DNA of 64,000 nt. Source: Bacillota bacterium (GTDB lineage: Bacteria > Bacillota > Clostridia > Christensenellales > SZUA-584). How positions within the stretch are numbered: the stretch's first letter is position 1; the number at the start of each line of letters is the position of its first letter. The position numbers and the translations under genes are program-made. The notes below the pieces were generated by a model, which was not told the DNA's origin, did no database searches, and saw only the letters and a list, made by a program, of their open reading frames with translations. The stretch is taken from positions 2,137 through 66,136 of the forward strand of contig JAEWQS010000077.1 in the NCBI GenBank assembly GCA_023399095.1, given 5' to 3'. Positions 18,236 to 27,615 of this stretch are shown here, piece by piece.

Positions 18236-18933
18236 AAAGGCTTTATCACGCTTTTTTGTCGGATGTGCGTTACCAGCGACGGTACGGCTTCTATTTAGTT
18301 TATGGCTTCCTCACCGTTTGTTTTATCATTGTACTGCGGCTGCTTCCGGATAGCTGGCGTGAGACAGCGCTTGTGGTAACGTTGCTTGCAGATCCCGCGT
18401 TGCTCGGGCTTTTCTTTATCGGCGGCCTTAAGCAGCTTGAGCGGGGCGAGGGTATACTGGATGCGCTTTTCAGCTCGCCGCTGCGTCCGTGGGAATACAT
18501 CGTGTCTAAAGCGTTATCACTTGGGATGATATCCACGCTTGTCAGTGTTATCGTGGCACTGGGCAGCGGTGTGCCGGGTGTTAAGTTTGCCGTGCTTGTT
18601 CCGGCAATTCTATTCGGCAGCATGTGCTTCACGCTTATCGGCCTCGCGGTATCGGTGAACTTGAAGAGCATGAACGCGTTTTTATCCGTTGACGGTTTAT
18701 GGGAAGCAGTGCTGCTGCTGCCGCCGTTGCTGCTGATGTTCAATGTCTCGTTTGCTCCGCTAGAGTTTTTTCCCGGAAGCATCGCACTACGGCTCGTTCA
18801 AGCGTCGGCAGGGGTATATCCCATGTCTCATTTGATTTTCATTGAGTTGTTGATCTGGGTGGCAATCGCGTTTTGGTTCGCGCAAAGACGGCTGGCTTCA
18901 GCGCTCAGCCGGATGGGAGGCGGTGCGGCATGA
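18232..18933 (+). CDS. ABC-2-type exporter permease
   Basis: 233 aa with about 6 TM helices, translationally coupled to the ATPase. Confidence 0.7.
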   Translation: MKRLYHAFLSDVRYQRRYGFYLVYGFLTVCFIIVLRLLPDSWRETALVVTLLADPALLGLFFIGGLKQLERGEGILDALFSSPLRPWEYIVSKALSLGMISTLVSVIVALGSGVPGVKFAVLVPAILFGSMCFTLIGLAVSVNLKSMNAFLSVDGLWEAVLLLPPLLLMFNVSFAPLEFFPGSIALRLVQASAGVYPMSHLIFIELLIWVAIAFWFAQRRLASALSRMGGGAA

Positions 18934-19625
18934 CGAGTATATTAAAGACTTTTTTCGGTTCCTTTAAACTGATTCGGCGTGATCCCTTGCTGATGATACT
19001 GGTATTGGGTCCCTTTCTGTATGGCCCGGCTTTCCGCTTTGGCCTGCCATTGCTGCAGCCGGTGCTGATGAATGCGTTTGCGTTCGATATCACGCCATGG
19101 TATTCGCTTACAGACATGATGCTTTTGACGCTGACGCCCATGTTGGCAGGCATGCTGTGCGGATTTTTGATGCTGGATGAACGCGATCAAGGTTTGGGAG
19201 AATACTACACAGTTACGCCTTTGGGCGGCGTTGGATACCTCGCTTCGCGGCTTGCATTGCCTGTAGTATGGAGCATCGTGATCGCGCCCGTGTTGATGCT
19301 GCTGTTTTCGCTCACTCATCCCGATATGCTGAGAGTACTTTGCATTGCCGTGACAGGCGGTGTATTTGGCGCAGTCAATACGCTGATGCTGTTAAGCTTC
19401 GCGGGCAATAAGGTGGAAGGACTCGCGGTGTCAAAAATGCTCGGGCTCACAATGCTGCCCGCACTCGTGCCTATCATCACAAGCTCGCCATGGGGATTGA
19501 TCGCGGGCATATTTCCGGCGTACTGGCTGGGCGCGCTGCTGAAAGGACCGCTGTGGCTTTTCCCCGCGGCGCTGGCCGTAGGAGTGATATGGATTGTCAT
19601 ATTTTATAGAAGGATGCGAAAATAA
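18930..19625 (+). CDS. second ABC exporter permease
   Basis: MTSILKTFFG start at 18930 overlapping the upstream stop; polytopic. The TetR + ATPase + two permeases layout resembles drug-export ABC loci. Confidence 0.7.
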   Translation: MTSILKTFFGSFKLIRRDPLLMILVLGPFLYGPAFRFGLPLLQPVLMNAFAFDITPWYSLTDMMLLTLTPMLAGMLCGFLMLDERDQGLGEYYTVTPLGGVGYLASRLALPVVWSIVIAPVLMLLFSLTHPDMLRVLCIAVTGGVFGAVNTLMLLSFAGNKVEGLAVSKMLGLTMLPALVPIITSSPWGLIAGIFPAYWLGALLKGPLWLFPAALAVGVIWIVIFYRRMRK

Positions 19626-19807
19626 CATATAACACGTAGGGGCGCGTTTCCATACGCGCTAGTTTCAATTGAGGTATACGAATTTGGCGGGAGGTATGAC
19701 CACACCTGCGGTATAGCGCAGAATAAACGGCACTTCATGTGTCGCTTATCTAATATACCCTGTAGAGAACGGTTTTGACCGTTCTGTATGCTTCGCAAGA
19801 AAGCAAC

Positions 19808-19830
19808 TGAGGCGGCCAATGGCCGCCTCA
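19808..19830. terminator. strong bidirectional hairpin between convergent genes
   Basis: TGAGGCGGCC-AAT-GGCCGCCTCA, perfect 10-bp stem. Confidence 0.65.
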
Positions 19831-19890
19831 ACGGTAGAATATGGCTGTTAAGTATATCGGGTAATACCCTTGTCCCACTTTCCCGCTCAC

Positions 19891-20907
19891 CTAAATCACG
19901 CTGTTATTTTCCTCTTCTTCAAGTTCCTCGTGGGCTTGCTGCTTGGCTGCTTCATACGCATCAAATACATCGAGCTCGGGCGCGTTAGGTTTCGGCTGCG
20001 GCGTGCAGCCCTGCACTTTGAGGCCATAGGCCGCCAGTGCGTCATCGGCGCGTCGGAAAAAACCGCGAAACGATGCGAAATAGCCTTTTGTTTTGGGCCC
20101 TACGAAATCAGCGGAGACGGCAGGGTCGGCAAGAAGCTTGTCAAATGCGTAACCGCCGTTCACGCGCAGCAGACGTATGATGCCAAAGTTCACGGCATCC
20201 TTGGGGCAGTACATCACGCAGCGCATGCACATCGCGCAGCGTCCGCCAAAACGGAATCGCCCGTCTTCGTACGTGATGTTGGCGGCAGGACAGGTTTTCA
20301 CACAAAGCATACAATGGCTGCATTTTTTATTGTTCACAGAATACATCCGTCCGTTCAGCCACGCGCCGAACCACTCAATGCGCATGATCAGCGAAATCAG
20401 CCGCCGCACCTTGCTGAACCGAAATGTGTCACGATCCCCATTGAGTAAACGCAGCGCAAGAAGCTTGCACAGCGCGTCTGCATACAGCGTCATTTGCTTG
20501 GTGAGTCCGTCCGGATAGCGGAAAAGGATATTGTACGGCATGAGCATGTGCGTGTCCAGCACCACATCATAGCCTTTTTTCATGAGTATGCGGTACAGCG
20601 TCGCGGATGATTCAACGTTGATCTTCGCGGGTTCTCCCGATGTTTTGAATATAAATGCTTTGTTTTGTTTCGACTCTGGCAGACTGCGTACGAACCGCAG
20701 AAACATCAGCGGTGAATTGAACGCGTGCACAGGGTAACCAAAACCGACGTAATCGCAGTCCTGCGGCACAGGCACGTTTTCAAACGGATACTGAACCTCA
20801 TGAATGCGTGTGGAAATGCTGCTCAATTCCAAATACTTTTGTATCATTTTGGCCGCTTTTAATGTGTGGTAGGTACCGGTAAAAACATAAATAATTGCGT
20901 TTGGCAT
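19891..20907 (-). CDS. flavodoxin-like / 2x[4Fe-4S] ferredoxin fusion (EFR1-family-like)
   Basis: 338 aa. Two cluster motifs, CSHCMLCVKTCP and CAMCMRCVMYCP, after a flavodoxin-like N-terminus. Confidence 0.7.
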   Translation of the reverse strand: MPNAIIYVFTGTYHTLKAAKMIQKYLELSSISTRIHEVQYPFENVPVPQDCDYVGFGYPVHAFNSPLMFLRFVRSLPESKQNKAFIFKTSGEPAKINVESSATLYRILMKKGYDVVLDTHMLMPYNILFRYPDGLTKQMTLYADALCKLLALRLLNGDRDTFRFSKVRRLISLIMRIEWFGAWLNGRMYSVNNKKCSHCMLCVKTCPAANITYEDGRFRFGGRCAMCMRCVMYCPKDAVNFGIIRLLRVNGGYAFDKLLADPAVSADFVGPKTKGYFASFRGFFRRADDALAAYGLKVQGCTPQPKPNAPELDVFDAYEAAKQQAHEELEEEENNSVI

Positions 20908-20919
20908 AGGGACACCTCT

Positions 20920-21933
20920 CTAACTTGTTTCGGCAGCCAATTTAAGTTCGGAAACAAACTTTTCGGGATAGCAGGCCTGCATCGTATAGAAGACGGCTTC
21001 CTCAAGCCCGCCGAGCTCAAAACCCAGCGCTTTCGCACTTTCACTTGCATCGAAATACAGATAATCCGTGATAATATCGCGCATCAAAGACTTCGGGTCG
21101 AGCCCGCTTTGCAGGCCTTTCTTTCGCCAGCCGCGCTCAATGAATCCGCCTGCCAATACGGCCAGAAAGCGCGGTATGTTAATGATAACCGTGCGTCTGC
21201 CGATTGCTGTCATCATCATTTTCAGCATCTCTTTGTAGGTGTGGTTCTCGTCGCCGATAGGGTAGCGCCTGCCGTGTTCGCCCTTCTCTAGCGCACCGAT
21301 GATCGCCTCACCCACATGCTGTACCGCGATCATGCTTGTGCCGCCTTTGGGGAAGAAGATGATTCGGCCTTTTGCGTACTTGTCGAGAAAGACATCCTTC
21401 CAAATCGGTGTTCTTTTGGGCATGCTGCCGAAAATATATGGCAGCTCGAGTATCATCACCGCCAATGAGTCGCCGCCCGCGGCAATGGCGCGCTGCGCCT
21501 GCTCTACGCGGCATTTGATATAGGGATGACGCTCAGCCAGTCGCTTTTGCGGCCAAAGCCGGTCGAAATACGCAAAGTACGAATTGAGTATCACACAGCG
21601 TTTCACGCCTGCCTTGCGCGCGGCAATGACGGCTTTTTCACAGGCCAGTACGAGACGTTCATGAAAGAACTCATAGGCGGGAGCAGGCGGCACCACGCGG
21701 TCGTCCGGGCCCACGGCATAAACAAGCGCGTCATAGCCCGCGAATCGCTGTGCCAGTTCATCGCCGGAAAGCGTAAACACGTCGCCGTAATCCACAGTCA
21801 CGTTTTCGGGAAACCAACCTGAAAGGTCGATATCATTGATGGTCAGAGCGCCCAGTTCATACCCTCTTTTCAGACCTACCAATGTGGCATGATAGCCCAA
21901 AAATCCGGTTCCGCCTATAATCATAATCTTCAT
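20920..21933 (-). CDS. NAD(P)-dependent epimerase/dehydratase-family SDR
   Basis: 337 aa with N-terminal MKIMIIGGTGFLG Rossmann motif. Confidence 0.85.
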   Translation of the reverse strand: MKIMIIGGTGFLGYHATLVGLKRGYELGALTINDIDLSGWFPENVTVDYGDVFTLSGDELAQRFAGYDALVYAVGPDDRVVPPAPAYEFFHERLVLACEKAVIAARKAGVKRCVILNSYFAYFDRLWPQKRLAERHPYIKCRVEQAQRAIAAGGDSLAVMILELPYIFGSMPKRTPIWKDVFLDKYAKGRIIFFPKGGTSMIAVQHVGEAIIGALEKGEHGRRYPIGDENHTYKEMLKMMMTAIGRRTVIINIPRFLAVLAGGFIERGWRKKGLQSGLDPKSLMRDIITDYLYFDASESAKALGFELGGLEEAVFYTMQACYPEKFVSELKLAAETS

Positions 21934-22128
21934 ACATTTATCCTGCCTTTATTTTTTTTGGTCAGGCCTAATGCTGCGGATACGTGATGCCTTTCAATTC
22001 AATGTATTAAATATGCCGTGTTCATTATACTGCCTCAAACCTTTTTTTAAAAGTGACAGATAAAGAAGCTGAATTTTACGAATGTAAGCGGCTAAAAAGG
22101 AGAGAATAAGTGTGAAGGAGATGATTCT

Positions 22129-22263
22129 ATGACGAAAGACAGCCAGCCCGACAACAAACGGGCGAGAAAGAAAAAGAGCAAGGGGCAAACGCCAATTACA
22201 GCAGACGCGCAAAATAACAGCCGCACCACCAAAAAGCAGTCCGCTAAGCGAGGTGATGTTTAA
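22129..22263 (+). CDS. candidate 44-aa highly basic small protein (below ORF-track cutoff)
   Basis: ATG preceded by GAAGGAG at 8-nt spacing. Product MTKDSQPDNKRARKKKSKGQTPITADAQNNSRTTKKQSAKRGDV, TAA stop. Composition is reminiscent of minor small spore proteins. Confidence 0.35.
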   Translation: MTKDSQPDNKRARKKKSKGQTPITADAQNNSRTTKKQSAKRGDV

Positions 22264-22406
22264 ATAGTTGATGCAAGCTTAAGGCTCTGGAATGCCCATT
22301 TTCAGGGCTTTTTTCATTTCACCCCTCGGCGGATTATTTTGCCACTTTTTTTATTTGAACAAATCCTATTATAATACGTCTATATAAGTGAAAGGGGTTA
22401 AAGGAA

Positions 22407-22970
22407 TTGCCTGACGAACAGCTGCTGCTTGAGACCTTTTCCAACGGAGACTTTACATATATCGATTTGTTGATCTGCCGGTATGAGGACAGCTTATTAA
22501 ACTTATGCCTCAAACTCGCGAAAAATAAGCATGACGCTGAGGAACTGTATCAGCAAACGTGGCTTAAAGCCATACAGAAATCGCATACGTGTGCAAAATC
22601 GTTTAAAAACTGGCTGTATACCGTCTGCCTAAACGCATACAGGGACAGCTACCGACGCAGCAGACGTGAACGAGAAGTCGTCGATGACTCGCTGGACGCT
22701 GAGACAAAGGATTATGTGATCGCGTCGGCAACCGATAATATATCGGCGGAAAGCGAAGCGCTTGCCAAATTGACGGGCGAGATACTGATGAATAAAGTGA
22801 ATATGCTGCCCGACAAACACAGACTGCCGATTATATTGTTTTATTTTGAGAGGCTCGACTACAAAGAAAGCGCGGCAGTGCTGGGGCTGCCCATGGGCAC
22901 GGTCAAATCCCGTTTAAACGCTGCCAAATCCAAGCTGCGTAAGGAAATGGAGAACGAACTGAATGTTTGA
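22407..22970 (+). CDS. ECF-type RNA polymerase sigma factor
   Basis: 187 aa. Region 2 (EELYQQTWLKA) and region 4 HTH (YKESAAVLGLPMGTVKSRL). Confidence 0.85.
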   Translation: MPDEQLLLETFSNGDFTYIDLLICRYEDSLLNLCLKLAKNKHDAEELYQQTWLKAIQKSHTCAKSFKNWLYTVCLNAYRDSYRRSRREREVVDDSLDAETKDYVIASATDNISAESEALAKLTGEILMNKVNMLPDKHRLPIILFYFERLDYKESAAVLGLPMGTVKSRLNAAKSKLRKEMENELNV

Positions 22971-24039
22971 TATTGAAAAAGAGTTAAGAGGAATAAAATT
23001 TGAAACAGCGCATCCAAGCGAGCGGCTTAGGCAAAAGACGCAGCAGCTCGTGACTCAAGAGGTGCGCAAAAAACAGCAGACCAAGCCAATTGGCAGGCTT
23101 ACATGGGTGCTGACATCAGCGATGGCGGTATTCGCCGCGTTTATGATAATTTTTTCGCTGCCTCCGGCTGCAGACGGGGTCAGTTATTATACCGTAGATA
23201 TTAACCCAAGTGTAAGCGTGAAGGTGAACGCATCCAAGACAGTCCTGGAGGTATCCGCAGAAAATGACGATGCGGTGCTGGTGCTCAAGACCGTAAAGCT
23301 TGAGGGACTTGCGCTTAAAGAAGCGCTTTCGGAATTTATAAAGGCCGCAGACGATCAGGGATACCTTAAGGATCAAGGACATGTGTTGGTTGCGCACTTT
23401 GGGGAGGCGGCGAGTCTGACTCAGCAGGAGATTGATGACGTCGTGAGCGGCGCTACGGAGCGCGAGGTGACAGCTCTGCTGCTTCAAAGCACAACGAACG
23501 AGTATGAGCAGAACAAAACACAGCATGGTCAGCCCGGCATTGAACTGCTCAAAAAGAAAGCGGCGGAACAGGGTATAAAGGAGCGCGATGTTGATGAAAT
23601 TATCGAGCAAATACGCGGAAATTCAGCCAAGCCGCAAAACGATAAGCAAAATACCCCAAATCACAGTGAAAAGGCTGACGATCGCCCAACAGCTACAGCC
23701 ATCGAAAACGATCAGAGTGAAAAGGACAACAGCGGAGGCGCAGGCAATAGCGAAAACGCAAAAGACAACGAGCAAGGGGCTTCAAACATTGGGAGCGACA
23801 ATAAAGACGGCGAAGAAGTGAAAGAAAACAACGGCAAGGTTGAGGACAAGCCGGTCAGCGGCAGCAATGGCAATCAGAACAGCAACAACCAAGATAACGG
23901 CAATCAGAACAGCAACGACCAAGACAAGAGCGATGTGGACAAAACCGAAAAGCCTGACAATAGTGACGGAAGTCAAAAGGACAAAAACCGCAGTGGTAGT
24001 CGGCAGGAAAATGATGAACAAAACGAGCAAAAAGACTAG
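22963..24039 (+). CDS. putative single-pass anti-sigma factor with extracytoplasmic DINPS-type domain and N/Q/D-rich tail
   Basis: 8-nt overlap with the sigma gene, short cytoplasmic N-terminus and one TM. Domain YYTVDINPSVSVKVN...VLEVSAENDDA is shared with the next gene. Confidence 0.6.
   Translation: MFDIEKELRGIKFETAHPSERLRQKTQQLVTQEVRKKQQTKPIGRLTWVLTSAMAVFAAFMIIFSLPPAADGVSYYTVDINPSVSVKVNASKTVLEVSAENDDAVLVLKTVKLEGLALKEALSEFIKAADDQGYLKDQGHVLVAHFGEAASLTQQEIDDVVSGATEREVTALLLQSTTNEYEQNKTQHGQPGIELLKKKAAEQGIKERDVDEIIEQIRGNSAKPQNDKQNTPNHSEKADDRPTATAIENDQSEKDNSGGAGNSENAKDNEQGASNIGSDNKDGEEVKENNGKVEDKPVSGSNGNQNSNNQDNGNQNSNDQDKSDVDKTEKPDNSDGSQKDKNRSGSRQENDEQNEQKD
23869..23928. repeat. 2 x 30-bp in-frame tandem repeat (NGNQNSN[ND]QD)
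   Basis: GGCAATCAGAACAGCAAC[A/G]ACCAAGA[T/C]AA[C/G] duplicated head to tail inside the anti-sigma tail. Confidence 0.8.
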
Positions 24040-24070
24040 TGAAGCAGATATTTTATAGGGAGGCAACAAG

Positions 24071-25357
24071 ATGAAACATTTTAAAGGACAGAAATCCTTG
24101 GCATTATTGCTAAGTCTCACAATGATAGTGGCATTCGTGTTTACAGGATGCGCGACGACACCGCAAACGACGCAGCCGGAGACATCACCGACAACAGCGC
24201 CAACCATTGCGCCCACTGCGGCGCAGACAATGGCGGCTTTGCCGACTCAGGCGGTATCCCAGCAGCTAAGTTATGTGTCTATTGACGTGAACCCGAGTAT
24301 CAAGTTTACCGTTCAGGACGGTGTCGTACTGGACGTCAGCGCGCTTAACGATGACGGCGAAGCCATCACGCTGGAAAACGATGTGACTGGCCTTACACCA
24401 ACTGAGGCGCTGAACGCTTTGATTGGGGCATTCGCGAACGGCGGCTATATCACAGAGGAAGATGGAAACGCGTCTCTCGTGATTACCACAAGCGGAGATG
24501 ATGAAGAAGAACTGCTGCAGAACCTGCAAGACACAGCGACACAGCGCTTAACAGAGCTTGGTCTTGCGTGTGATGTGGTGGTGTCTGCCGTCGAAGATGA
24601 AATCACAGAGGAAGCGAAGCTGAACGGCCTGACACCCGGCAGATATTTGCTGCTCAGTTATCTTGCCGAAAAAGAAGGCATCACGCTGGAAGAAGCAAAA
24701 GCAAAGTATGGCTCGCTCAAGATGGGTAAGATGGTTAAGCTCGTGGACGATGTGGACGAAGTTTTCGGGCACAAGGACGATGAAAAAGATATGCAGGAAC
24801 TTGTGGACAGCGGCATACTCACGGCTGAGCAGCTTGAGATATTGACGCAGGCGCAGAACACATTTAAGACTTCCATGAAGCAGGCACAGCAGACCTATAA
24901 ACAAACGAGAACCGATGCCATGGATCTGTTGAAGGCCTCAAAAACCGAACTCAAAAATGCGTTTAAGGCCGATAAAGATGTTGACAAATACAAGTCTGCC
25001 AAAACCGCGCTCCAAGTACAGCTCGAACAACAAAAGCAGACAGCTATTCAGACTTATAAGCAGGCCAAGGTACAGGCCAGGGAACAATTCAGAGCCACGG
25101 TACAGTCACTTGGGCTGACGGATGAACAAATTGCCGCCCTGACGCAATGGGACTTCGACTTTGATTGGGACCAGGATTATGACTGGGACGATGAAGACAT
25201 TGAAAACGATAACGACGGCATCAAAGACGAAGATATTGATGAAGAAGACGAAAAAGACGAAGATATTGATGAAGAAGACGAAAAAGACGAAGATAAAGAG
25301 GATGACGAGCCCGGTAAAGGTAATAACGATAAAGGCAAAAACGGCAAAGGCAACTGA
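24071..25357 (+). CDS. lipoprotein paralogous to the anti-sigma ectodomain, with coiled-coil and acidic repeat tail
   Basis: Lipobox VFTGC. YVSIDVNPSIKFTVQDGVVLDVSALNDDGEA domain, Q/K-rich helical region, DEDIDEEDEK repeats. Confidence 0.6.
   Translation: MKHFKGQKSLALLLSLTMIVAFVFTGCATTPQTTQPETSPTTAPTIAPTAAQTMAALPTQAVSQQLSYVSIDVNPSIKFTVQDGVVLDVSALNDDGEAITLENDVTGLTPTEALNALIGAFANGGYITEEDGNASLVITTSGDDEEELLQNLQDTATQRLTELGLACDVVVSAVEDEITEEAKLNGLTPGRYLLLSYLAEKEGITLEEAKAKYGSLKMGKMVKLVDDVDEVFGHKDDEKDMQELVDSGILTAEQLEILTQAQNTFKTSMKQAQQTYKQTRTDAMDLLKASKTELKNAFKADKDVDKYKSAKTALQVQLEQQKQTAIQTYKQAKVQAREQFRATVQSLGLTDEQIAALTQWDFDFDWDQDYDWDDEDIENDNDGIKDEDIDEEDEKDEDIDEEDEKDEDKEDDEPGKGNNDKGKNGKGN
25226..25295. 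repeat. 2.3 x 30-bp in-frame tandem repeat (DEDIDEEDEK)
   Basis: GACGAAGATATTGATGAAGAAGACGAAAAA repeated exactly twice, plus a partial third unit. Confidence 0.85.
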
Positions 25358-25408
25358 GTTAAGCTAATTATACAAACCAAATAAATAGGGTTATTAACGC
25401 ACATGAGG

Positions 25409-25434
25409 GAACCGCTGGGCGCCAGCGGTTTTTC
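25409..25434 (+). terminator. rho-independent terminator
   Basis: GAACCGCTGG-GCG-CCAGCGGTT followed by a T run. Confidence 0.75.
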
Positions 25435-25721
25435 TCATTTTGACACCTGCCAGTTGTATCGGGACAACTTCTTGCATGGAGAACCGGTTCTTGTTGATTT
25501 ATTTATAAAATATTGATATAATATAGAAAAATTTTGGAGTCAGAAATGTTTAGATCAAGCTATTTCGACACAGGTCAATAGCATTATGAATTAAAACCTA
25601 TCTGGTTACCCTTTCGCCGGAAAGCCTTGTGCCTCTCGGCTTTTTGTGTTCGTATTCGAGCGCCTCCGATTCACATTTGAGTTTTGTTTACATTTTAAAT
25701 TTGATCGGAGAGTATTTAATA

Positions 25722-26900
25722 ATGAAAAAAACAATAGAACTCTTTTATTTGCACGGATTTTTCAGAGAATTCGTTTTGCTTTACCCTGTTTATTTGCTGA
25801 TGTTTGAATCAAGAGGATTATCCATATTTGAGATATCTTCACTTCTGATGATATGGAGTGTGCCCGTATTTCTTCTGGAGATTCCTTCAGGTGCGTTGGC
25901 AGACATGTGGAGCAGGAAAAATATGATCGTCCTTGGGACAGTGCTGAAGCTGGCCGGTTTTACAATCTGGCTGTTTGCGCACGATTTTGTTCTTTTCGCG
26001 ATAGGCTTCATTTTATGGGGCGTGCAGGAGGCATTTTGCTCGGGAAGCACGGAGGCTTTGCTGTTTGACGTGCTTAAAGAGCATCAAATGGAGCAGGAAT
26101 ATGAAAAATACGCTGGGCGTTTTCGATTCTTCAGTGGAATCGCTATGGCCATGGCTATGGTTATTGGCGGATTTGTTGCTGCGATAGGGTTCCATGTGGC
26201 TGCCATGCTATCTATGGTATCTATCGGGCTGTCGCTGCTCTTTGCACTGATGCTCAAGGATGTAAAAAACCCAACCTTAGAAGAAAATTCATGGAAGCTT
26301 TATTTTCAGCAATTGAAGACAGGTTTTGTATTATCCAAAAAAAGCATTCGGCTCACCATGGCGTTGATGCTGTGTGCGTTAATCGCCGTGGTGCCTGGCG
26401 TATTAGAGGAATATGACCAGCTTTATGCGCAAAGAGTCGGATTGTCCTTTGGGATGGTCGGTGTGTGGAGCGCTTCGCGAACCGGGCTTGAGTCCTTGGG
26501 GTGTTGGTTTGCGCACAGAGCCAAAAGGATTTTCGGATCGGCAAGCGGCATCAGTATACTAACCGCTGTCGCGGGTGTACTGCTGTTTGTTTCGGGATAT
26601 GTCAATTCGGTTTATATGCTCCCTGTATACGGGCTGTTTTATATGCTGACTTCCTGCGCTTATGTGCTCGCCGAAGGGCGGATACAGCGCCTGACAAACT
26701 CGGTGCAGCGGGCAACGGTGTTGTCCATAAATTCGCTGCTGGTCAATTTGTCCGGCTTTTTCATACTGCTTGGGTTTGGGGGCATCTGTGAATATTGGAG
26801 CATGCGAACTGGCTTTTTGACGATGGCTGTTCTTCTCGTACTTATGATATGCGCGCTGGTACTGGCACGCAAAGTCATTCGTAAAACGCAAAAAGAGTGA
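25722..26900 (+). CDS. MFS transporter
   Basis: Start at MKKTIELFYL (GGAGAG RBS); about 12 TM helices. The upstream 31 codons of the track ORF are rejected. Confidence 0.8.
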   Translation: MKKTIELFYLHGFFREFVLLYPVYLLMFESRGLSIFEISSLLMIWSVPVFLLEIPSGALADMWSRKNMIVLGTVLKLAGFTIWLFAHDFVLFAIGFILWGVQEAFCSGSTEALLFDVLKEHQMEQEYEKYAGRFRFFSGIAMAMAMVIGGFVAAIGFHVAAMLSMVSIGLSLLFALMLKDVKNPTLEENSWKLYFQQLKTGFVLSKKSIRLTMALMLCALIAVVPGVLEEYDQLYAQRVGLSFGMVGVWSASRTGLESLGCWFAHRAKRIFGSASGISILTAVAGVLLFVSGYVNSVYMLPVYGLFYMLTSCAYVLAEGRIQRLTNSVQRATVLSINSLLVNLSGFFILLGFGGICEYWSMRTGFLTMAVLLVLMICALVLARKVIRKTQKE

Positions 26901-26978
26901 ATAACGCAAAAGCCAAATGGTTTACAGCTATGCTTAATCCCGCTATGATAATAGTAATTAAAACAACGGAGGGGTAAT

Positions 26979-27395
26979 ATGAAAAGCTATCGCAAGGTAC
27001 TGACGCTAAATATTCAAAAGCGGCGCCAGATGATCAATATCACGCCACAGGTGCAGGCGGCGCTGGCCGAGAGCGGCATTCGCGAAGGCCTTTGCCTCGT
27101 GAACGCCATGCATATCACCGCGAGCGTGTTCATAAACGACGACGAATCGGGTCTGCATGCGGATTTTGAACGCTGGCTGGAACGTCTTGCGCCTGAAAAA
27201 CCCTATGACCAATATGCGCACAACGGCTATGAAGACAACGCGGATGCGCACTTAAAGCGCACCGTGATGGGGCGTGAGGTGGTCGTAGCGGTGACGGAAG
27301 GCAAATTGGATTTTGGTCCTTGGGAGCAGATATTCTACGGAGAGTTCGACGGTATGCGCCAAAAGAAGCTGATGATTAAAATCATCGGCGAATAA
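26979..27395 (+). CDS. YjbQ/UPF0047-family protein (secondary thiamine-phosphate synthase family)
   Basis: 138 aa with [21 protein letters not shown] and EDNADAHLK motifs. Confidence 0.85.
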   Translation: MKSYRKVLTLNIQKRRQMINITPQVQAALAESGIREGLCLVNAMHITASVFINDDESGLHADFERWLERLAPEKPYDQYAHNGYEDNADAHLKRTVMGREVVVAVTEGKLDFGPWEQIFYGEFDGMRQKKLMIKIIGE

Positions 27396-27411
27396 CGCTT
27401 GTTACGATAAG

Positions 27412-27443
27412 GAGACGGGACTGTGAAGTGACCTGTCTCTTTT
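27412..27443 (+). terminator. rho-independent terminator
   Basis: GAGACGGG / CCTGTCTC stem (one wobble) followed by TTTT. Confidence 0.6.
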
Positions 27444-27615
27444 ATTGTGTTATTTTGTTATGGACTGCTCTCAATACAGTGCTCATTGCTGAAAATAGTC
27501 ATATCCCGAGTAAGCGTAAGCTGCACAATGACAATACGAATTCCAGATTAAGCGTACATCATAAATGACGATATAATTATAGAGTGCAATTATGATGACA
27601 TGAAGGAGAACAACA

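Noticed and set aside
13100-19900. Looked for att-like direct repeats of the tRNA-Asn 3' end, and for integrase or transposase genes, to call a genomic island
   Set aside because: None were found by eye. The region is therefore reported only as a compositionally distinct islet, not as a mobile_element feature.
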